This document shows, piece by piece, positions 55,319 through 64,000 of a stretch of 64,000 bases of DNA. This stretch comes from Eledone cirrhosa (Eukaryota): NCBI GenBank assembly GCA_964016885.1, contig OZ024741.1:346456001-346520000 (forward strand). Reading direction: 5' to 3'. The first letter of the stretch is position 1; each line of letters begins with the position of its first letter. Both the position numbers and the translations under genes were made by a program. The notes beneath the pieces are model-generated. The model was not told where the DNA came from, ran no database searches, and saw only the letters and a program-made list of their open reading frames with translations.

Positions 55319-57721
55319 ATGGATTATTACAACATAACCAATTCAACTAAAGACATTCCTATACCTGGTAAATCTGAATTCACCAAACTTCTTATTGAAA
55401 AAACTGACTCCTTCGTAAGAAGACTTAGATGGACAGCCTATTTCTATGACCAGCGCCTAAAAGGGAACTTTCATACCAAAGAACACAACTTCCTCGATCA
55501 TCTTTTTAATTCTAGACGAAATCCTCCTTCCAACAAAAACCTAGTACAATTCGAGGAAGAATTAACTAAAATAATAAAAAATCTTAAATTCAAGAGATAC
55601 CCTTACAAAGGACAAGAGCACCTTGTAAATCTCAAGAACACAATCTCTAACCTAAATTCCTCAAAAAATGTTTTAGTCCACTCTGACAAAACCAATAATC
55701 TATATGGTATTTCCAAGGATAATTATAACAACCTTATCCTAAAGGAACTTAGGAAAAAGTATCGTAAAACCAACCATGAAAATTTAGAATGCATAAACCT
55801 TGAAGCCTATGAGATTATGTCAAAACTTGGCATTGAAAAAAAGACCGAACCATTCCTCCCAAGAACTCCGAGGATAAATCTCAAGGATCACAAAAACAAT
55901 TTTCGCACTGAACTACCTGTTAGATTAATCGCCCCCTCTAAATCTGATCTGGGGGTTGTTAGTAAAGCCATCTTGGATAGGATTATCACACAGGTTAGTT
56001 CTAATTGCTCTTCTTTAAACCTAAATTTATGGTTTGGTACTTCTGAAGTGATTGGCTGGTTCAACAAATTGGATAATAAAAACAAACTAAAATTTATTCA
56101 ATTTGATATTGCCAGCTACTATTCCTCCATTTCGCCTTCACTTCTCAATAATGCTCTATCTTTCGCACTTAAATATTCTGACATCACCACAGATGAACTT
56201 CACATCATCCTCACCGCACGTAAAACCATCCTAGAGTTCAACAACGAATATTGGACCAGAGCCGATACCTCTAACAACTTCGACATCACAATGGGAGCAT
56301 CCGATTCATCCCAATTGACTGATTTAATTGGTATCTTCATTTTGAACTCTTTGAGTCGGAAAATTCCTCAACTTCGCGGTGGAATTTATCGTGACGATGG
56401 ACTCTTTACTATCCTAAATTGCAATATAGTTAAACTTAATATTATTAAGAACAATATACGTAATCTCTTTAACCAACATAACCTAAAAATTGAATTTGAT
56501 AATAGTATCAAACTAGCTAATTTCTTGGATGTATCTCTTAATCTTGACACTGGCCTATATTACCCTTACCATAAAAACAATGAGAACCTTAATTATGTTA
56601 ACTTTAAATCTAACCATCCTACCAATATCAAGAATGCTATAGTTAATAATATTGGAAATAGAATATCTAACATATCTTCTAATAAAAACATCTTTGATGC
56701 TAACGCCAATTACTATAATAACGCACTTTCTAAAGCCGGCTATCCAGATAAAATCAAATATAATAAAGAAACAAATTCTAGAAAAACTTACAGTAGAATA
56801 ATTAATCATGACCATTCCAATAATTTAAATAAAAGACCTAGATACAAAAACATAATCTGGTATAATGCTCCTTTCTCCATCTCTATTAATAACAATATTC
56901 CTAAATTATTTTTTAGTGCCTTAAATAAATGCTTCCCTCCCTCACATATCTATAGTAAAATATTTAACAAACACACCATCAAATTTTCGTATTCTACATC
57001 CTCCAATATTTCCAACATCATCTCTAAACACAACAACAAAATATTAAATACTAAATCTCTTCCTTCCAATATTGAATTTCATAATAACAGTAATAGTACT
57101 CCCGACGTCATTGTAAACCCTAGGCTAACTTCTGTAAACCCAAATACAACGTCAAACACAACTTCGCTAAATGTTCATAATCCAACTCTAAATCAAGAAA
57201 CTATTATTCCTATTATTCCTATCGCAAACAACTTCTCCAATCCAATTCCTTCTATAGATAACACTAGATCACTCATTAATAATCTCTCTAATTGCAACTG
57301 CCGCATTAAAAATAAATGTCCTCTCAACAACCATTGCCTCGATAAAAACTTAATTTATGAATGTAAAATTATAACTAGCACCAATTCCTTCACCTATCTT
57401 GGCTCCACTTCCACCTCTTTTAAAGCTCGTCTCTATAATCATCATTCATCTTTCAAATACAAACTTAAAAGAACTAACACTGCTCTCTCAGAACTCATAT
57501 GGTCCTTAAAAGACAAAAACATTAAATATACCATCTTTTGGAAGAAGATTTCTTCTGCATCCTCATACTTGAACAGCTCTCTATCTAAAATCTGTAATCT
57601 CTGCCTAAATGAAAAATTTACCATTATCTCTAACCTAGATTCTATAATAAATAGACGCTCAGATTTGTTTTCTATCTGCCTGCATAAATTCCATAGAACT
57701 TTTCACAAAGTATACAGTTAA
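55319..57721 (+). CDS. PLE polyprotein: reverse transcriptase plus C-terminal GIY-YIG endonuclease (800 aa)
   Basis: STKDIPIP N-terminus; SDKTNNLY; VRLIAP; FDIASYYSSI; TMGASDS; IYRDDGL; NFLDV; WYNAPF; CNCRIKNKCPLNNHCL; LIYEC...YLGST; CNLCLNEK; CLH. No stops. Confidence 0.92.
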   Translation: MDYYNITNSTKDIPIPGKSEFTKLLIEKTDSFVRRLRWTAYFYDQRLKGNFHTKEHNFLDHLFNSRRNPPSNKNLVQFEEELTKIIKNLKFKRYPYKGQEHLVNLKNTISNLNSSKNVLVHSDKTNNLYGISKDNYNNLILKELRKKYRKTNHENLECINLEAYEIMSKLGIEKKTEPFLPRTPRINLKDHKNNFRTELPVRLIAPSKSDLGVVSKAILDRIITQVSSNCSSLNLNLWFGTSEVIGWFNKLDNKNKLKFIQFDIASYYSSISPSLLNNALSFALKYSDITTDELHIILTARKTILEFNNEYWTRADTSNNFDITMGASDSSQLTDLIGIFILNSLSRKIPQLRGGIYRDDGLFTILNCNIVKLNIIKNNIRNLFNQHNLKIEFDNSIKLANFLDVSLNLDTGLYYPYHKNNENLNYVNFKSNHPTNIKNAIVNNIGNRISNISSNKNIFDANANYYNNALSKAGYPDKIKYNKETNSRKTYSRIINHDHSNNLNKRPRYKNIIWYNAPFSISINNNIPKLFFSALNKCFPPSHIYSKIFNKHTIKFSYSTSSNISNIISKHNNKILNTKSLPSNIEFHNNSNSTPDVIVNPRLTSVNPNTTSNTTSLNVHNPTLNQETIIPIIPIANNFSNPIPSIDNTRSLINNLSNCNCRIKNKCPLNNHCLDKNLIYECKIITSTNSFTYLGSTSTSFKARLYNHHSSFKYKLKRTNTALSELIWSLKDKNIKYTIFWKKISSASSYLNSSLSKICNLCLNEKFTIISNLDSIINRRSDLFSICLHKFHRTFHKVYS

Positions 57722-58709
57722 TATTCAATTCTTTATCAATTTAGAATCTTTTCTCAAAGGCACATATACATACACCTTTTTAAAATATACCCATCTACCT
57801 TACTTTAAAGGGCATTATACACTCTATAATACTCGTTTACTCATTACCCTCATTCTATCTTCTTGTAAAATCACAACATTTGTTTTTGACATTTGAATAT
57901 TCATCCGCAATCATTATTATTTTTTCTCTCTATCATAAATCTTTTTAATCTCAATTTCATCCTTAATTTATTATTATTTTTTTCTCCCCATCAACGAACT
58001 CATTATTAATACATATTAACTCTTTATTCGCACATATTATCAATTCAATCAATATACAAACTTTAACTTCACATTATTTTTCTCAAATCCTTCTACACAC
58101 AAACCTTAACAATTTTTCTCTTCGCTAATTTTGAAATTGCCACAATACATACATTTCTTTTTTGACGTTAGAATATTCACCCACAAATATTATTTTTTCT
58201 CTCTATCTTCATACATAATTTCCCTTCGTTAATTTTCAAATTCCTTTAATTTATACATTATCTTCCAACGGTTCCCAACCTCTCTATATTAAAACAATAT
58301 ATCTTTTTCTCAGTTATAAAAACTATCTCTTTCTCTCTATCACCCATCTCTCCCTCTCCACCTTCACTCTCATCTCCTCCCCCTTTTTTTCATCCTTTCC
58401 ACCCCCCTCCCTAAATAAAATATTTTTTCCTTGCACATATCCTCCCTTCGTTAATTTTCAAAATTTTTAATTTATACAGTATCTTCCAACGGTTTTCAAC
58501 CTCTCTATGTAAAAAATATATCTCCTCTCAGTTATAAAAACTATATCTTTCTCTCTATCACCCATCTCCTTCCCTTTTCATCCTCCCCCCCCCCTCTCTA
58601 AATAAAATATTTTTCCCAATATCACACATCAATCTAAAACCACTTTTCATATGTTGATTTAAAACTGCACTATCCACAAGTGTTTTTTAGCCTTCATATC
58701 ATGTTCTCC

Positions 58710-58780
58710 TATTTTATCTGATGAAAACACAAATATTATTGCTTGATGATGTTTGTTTTTGAAATGCGCATAATAAAATA
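58710..58780 (+). ncRNA. Type I hammerhead in the 3' pLTR
   Basis: Identical to 55044-55114; predicted cleavage after 58772. Confidence 0.85.
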
Positions 58781-58841
58781 TATGGAACTCCTTTAACCAT
58801 CTTTTGATCTTATATTATATATATATATATGTTAAAAACAA

Positions 58842-59407
<566 letters not shown>

Positions 59408-60008
59408 AATATAATTACTAAGCAACAAAAATAATACCCATGTATTCTCAATATAGCATGGCTAATATATTAGTTTCATAAGAATTCCGACAACATAACA
59501 AACATATAACTTAGCTACCGAACATCAGCCTTACTCCCGTATAAAGAAGCATCTAGCGTTGAAACAAGACTTACTTTCTGCAAATCAAACCACCTGCTAC
59601 ATCAGCTAACTTCAACCTACGTGACACTGATAATTACAATATATTTTATTGCATGCAAGGCATGGATTTTCATTCATTCACCGATCCGAATTAAACGAGA
59701 TGCGAATTGGATAAAATTAAAGAAACTTTTTTGTTAAATTAAAGAGTCCTATTTGGTGAAAACACTGACAGTGAAGTATTTAATATAGGATTTAGTCATA
59801 TATGTGTTAAATGCAACATGAACCAATTGGTCGAATCTGAGGCATAATACTTCGAACTTTTCTATAATTAGTTAACAATAACTTGATTTACTGAAAACTG
59901 CAATATACAATTCTCCTTGACGTAAAATCACGTTGAACACATGTGAAGACACATATTCAGTAGGAAGAGGCTCACATGCACACACCCCTCCACCCACACG
60001 CACACACA

Positions 60009-60106
<98 letters not shown>

Positions 60107-60197
60107 TATATATATATAAATATATATATATATACATATATATATATGTACCCCCCCCCCCCCCCCCTCCCCACATATATATATATATGTATATATT

Positions 60198-60381
60198 AAA
60201 AGAGTCAGGACCCCGATGGCTGAGATCCGGCGGTTCGACAGCTAGATTCAGTTTGGATCTAGCTGTCGAAACGACCGTAGCTCAGCCGCCGGGGTCCTGA
60301 CTCTTTTTATATTACCCACTCTACTACTCTAAGTATTGAGTACTCTGTTGTGTTATGGTACATCTGGTATCTTACCACACC

Positions 60382-60388
<7 letters not shown>
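60198..60388. mobile_element. Mini fold-back family, copy 5 (diverged)
   Basis: aaaagagtcaggaccccg...gacagctagattcagtttggatctagctgtcgaaacg...cggggtcctgactctttt plus the shared tail. Confidence 0.7.
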
Positions 60389-60808
<420 letters not shown>

Positions 60809-61669
60809 GTTTTTGTTTTTGCTCTTTTTATGTAATTTAACAATGGAACTTTAAAGTGACAGTTCTTACGAATTTCCATATGTCCACCTGCTGCTATTGT
60901 TTCATTTTGTTTAAGTGCATATGAAAACACTATGAATTCATATATGCTTACTCTAAACAAGCTATACAAATCGGTAAATCAAAATATGTATCTTCAGGCA
61001 TACACAAAAAAAATGTATTGTAATTTCTATGGAGGTAAACTCATTGATTATGCAATAAGTTTCACATGCTGACATATTTTTTATACATATTCTAATGTTC
61101 TATATGTCCAATAGATGAACCTTGTGACAAACAATTTATTCTATCTTTTACACGTAAGTCCGTTGCACAGGTTACCTGAATAGATATAGAATAAGCAACT
61201 AACTTCATTTGTCAGCATCGTTTCTCCTAAAAGTGCACATATGCTTAGGATAAACAAAAGGACTCGTGCAGATATAAATGTATATATTTACTTTTATATA
61301 ACACGAGAGTAGATGGTGCGAGATAGAATATCACGTTGGTTTCTCGTAAACCTCATTCTAGTGTTTTACAATATATCATATTGTCGGGTATAGTTACATG
61401 CTAAGAAAGTGAATGGGATTATTAATTCAAAGGATGTAGGTTATACCATCCTTAAATTAAACTTAAATCGCTTACATAAATCGTTTTGTGCACAGATATT
61501 TACCATTAAATTCGTGACGTCTCGACGGAATGTAGAGTTGGATAATTTCTAATCTAGCTGTAATACAATACAGGTTAGAGAAGGGTAAAGAGAAAACACG
61601 GTAAAATTCCAAGAGATATATTATTCATTAAACGTTGGTAAATTATTTCTGTCTTTACAGGTCTTACCA

Positions 61670-62538
61670 GATTATTTCAAGCTATTTTATAGCCTCAACA
61701 AATTTAAAAACAACGCTACCTACATTCAACGCATTAGCACAGAATCATACTTTATCACAAAATACCAAGCCCGTTCAAATGCACCGCCCACAGACGACAC
61801 TGCAACAGACACGCAAAAATAACACAAATGGACAAATGAAGAACGACAGTATTTTCTACAGAAATACTAAGAAGGATAGATATATTTAAAAAGAATCACT
61901 ACACCAGTTCAATTTTAGGTCACTCTACCATTAAAGTCAGTCCCACGAACAGTTTCTATTACAACTAATGGTAATGATTATATTACTACCACATCTCCCC
62001 TGTTGTCTCCTCCTTCTCCTTCTCCTTCGTCTTTCTCTTCCACATTTACTACAGCTCTATTATTAATACCTCTCCTCCTCCCGTCCTCCCCTCCCCCTCC
62101 CCCTCCTCCTCCTCCTCCTCCTCCTTCTTCTTCTTCTTCTTCTTCTTCTTCTTCTTCTTCTTCTCCCTCTACTACTACCACTACTAATACTGCAACCTTA
62201 GTCAACAACCAGTCAGACAATAGCATGGAACAAACCAACTTCTATTCCAAACCACCAAGGCGAAGAGAGAGAGAGAGAGAGAGTGAGAGAGAGATAAACA
62301 AAAATGTTCTCATATACCCTCTTCTTATTAATATACACCTTAATTTTATTTTGCACTTTAATATACACTTTAATATACACCTTAATTTTATTTTGCACTT
62401 TAATCTGTAGCATGAAGAAGCCTAAACATCTATTGGCTGAAACCGGTACGATGAACTGGTTATTTAAATAAATGTTTTGCTGTTATTCTATGAGAAAATC
62501 CCCATTAGCATTTTCTGCTGTTTTTCACATTTTCCTAA
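61670..62538 (+). mobile_element. Decayed PLE 3' end (Neptune-like EN C-terminus, degenerate HHR)
   Basis: FKLFYSLNKFKNNATYIQRISTESYFITKYQ; ATGAAGA-agcc...ggct-GAAA-ccgg-TA at 62412-62448. Confidence 0.5.
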
Positions 62539-62551
62539 TATATATATATAT

Positions 62552-62750
62552 AACGAAGGATGTGTGGTAAGGAACCAGATGAACCATAAAGCACCAGAGT
62601 ACTCAATACTTAGGGTGGTAGAGTGGATAATAGGAACATGTTTAACCCCGACGGCAGAGCTCGAGCCATTTCGACGGCTATTTCTGTCCAGAAATGGCTG
62701 TCGAAACGGCTTGAGCTCTGCAGCCTACAGCCGGGGTTAAACATTTTCCT
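62552..62750. mobile_element. Mini fold-back family, copy 6
   Basis: Tail followed by inverted arms centred on gacggctatttc-tgtcca-gaaatggctgtc. Confidence 0.75.
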
Positions 62751-62764
62751 ATATATATATATAT

Positions 62765-63659
62765 GTAGAAGTTATATTTAATTTGTTGGGATACAACAAG
62801 CAAATATTTTTATAACTGATATAAAGCACTCAACAAATTATTGGAGTAAATATACAATATATTAACAAATGGAAACTATATTTATAAAACCATATTTATT
62901 TCATTATACATATTTCAAGGACAGCAAAGCAAATCATGGTGCGCTTTCATCAGATAAAATATAATATAGATCAGTTTTATAAACAAATATTGACATACCC
63001 TTAAAGAATGCGACCATGTCGGTTGGAAGCTCACGGATAGTGGGGTTACTCATTTTATTATTGGTCTATTATGCAAATTAGTGTCGGAGAAGTTTAAATC
63101 CCGTACATTTAAATTAAGCCATTGGAATAGGGGGAAAAAAAAAGAAGGAACAATCTTTTCAGTTGCTGCAAACATAGATTAAATTCAACGTTTAAATATA
63201 AATTTAAAATGTAATATATAACTCATCTTATTAAACCTATCGATAAATCATTAGATTCCTTCATATGACTGCCAAAAACTCTCTTAAATGAAGAACATTT
63301 TTTTCCTTAAAAATGTTTTACTCGAAAATTCTTGTAGATAAACATACTGATATTTTTAAAAAAATGGGTATAAAAAAAATAAAAAATATTAAGATAAACA
63401 TACTGAAAGTTTATAAAAAAAGATTTTTTGTTAATTCCTCTGATGGATATAAAAAATTATAATTCATATCTTATACTGTGTTTTTTCGATATATTCTTAT
63501 ATATATTTTAAAAATTATATTGCGTAAAAATTACATTGCTTAAAAATATAATTCCTTTTAAAATTATATAATTATATTTTTTTAAAATTGTAATTCCTTT
63601 TAAAATTTTATTCCTTTTTAAAATTATAACTCATATTTTATTTTATATTATGTATTTTG

Positions 63660-63660
<1 letters not shown>
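62765..63660 (-). mobile_element. PLE pLTR / 3' UTR with hammerhead (62898-62960)
   Basis: Reverse complement reads attttat-CTGATGA-aagcgcacca...gtcctt-GAAA-tatgta-TA-atgaaat. Homologous to 2395 and 28262; right boundary uncertain. Confidence 0.75.
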
Positions 63661-63732
<72 letters not shown>

Positions 63733-63750
63733 ATGTATGTGTGTATATGT

Positions 63751-63802
<52 letters not shown>

Positions 63803-64000
63803 ATGCGTATGTATGCATGTATGTATGTCTGTGTATATGTGTGTGTGTGTATATATCGAAATGTATAATTTTGAATACATTCTATGAATGAACTCATATA
63901 AAAGGTTTTTTACGGTTTATGCTTTAGATATATGAAAAACTTTAACATTAAGAGGTTATAGTAAACAAACTTATATTTTAACAGTCACAACTGTATAACA

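Larger units (their letters stand above)
54359..58818 (+). mobile_element. Complete Hydra-like Penelope element with direct pLTRs
   Basis: Direct repeats 54359-55152 and 58024-58818 differ at only a handful of positions and flank an intact ORF. The 3' end joins (TA)n. Confidence 0.92.

Overview
AT-rich, microsatellite-dense animal DNA. It is probably an octopus or other cephalopod, inferred from Nin-domain tRNA-SINEs and very dense (TA)n/(CA)n tracts. No host gene can be called with confidence; there is one candidate promoter/first exon near 26.2-26.4 kb and one candidate terminal exon at the left edge. The window is dominated by retroelements. Roughly 25 separate Penelope-like element (PLE) insertions from several families sit in (TA)n tracts, most with inverted or tandem pseudo-LTRs (pLTRs). 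About 25 minimal type I hammerhead ribozyme (HHR) or HHR-like motifs can be read directly from their termini. One PLE (54359-58818) has an intact 800-aa RT + GIY-YIG ORF between near-identical HHR-bearing pLTRs, and it is fused head-to-head with the 3' end of an unrelated PLE. Also present: a full-length decayed Tx1/L1-type LINE with a 20-bp target duplication, a 5'-truncated CR1, RTE fragments (one with a twin-priming inversion), mariner remnants and several SINEs. All calls come from manual motif reading, not database searches.
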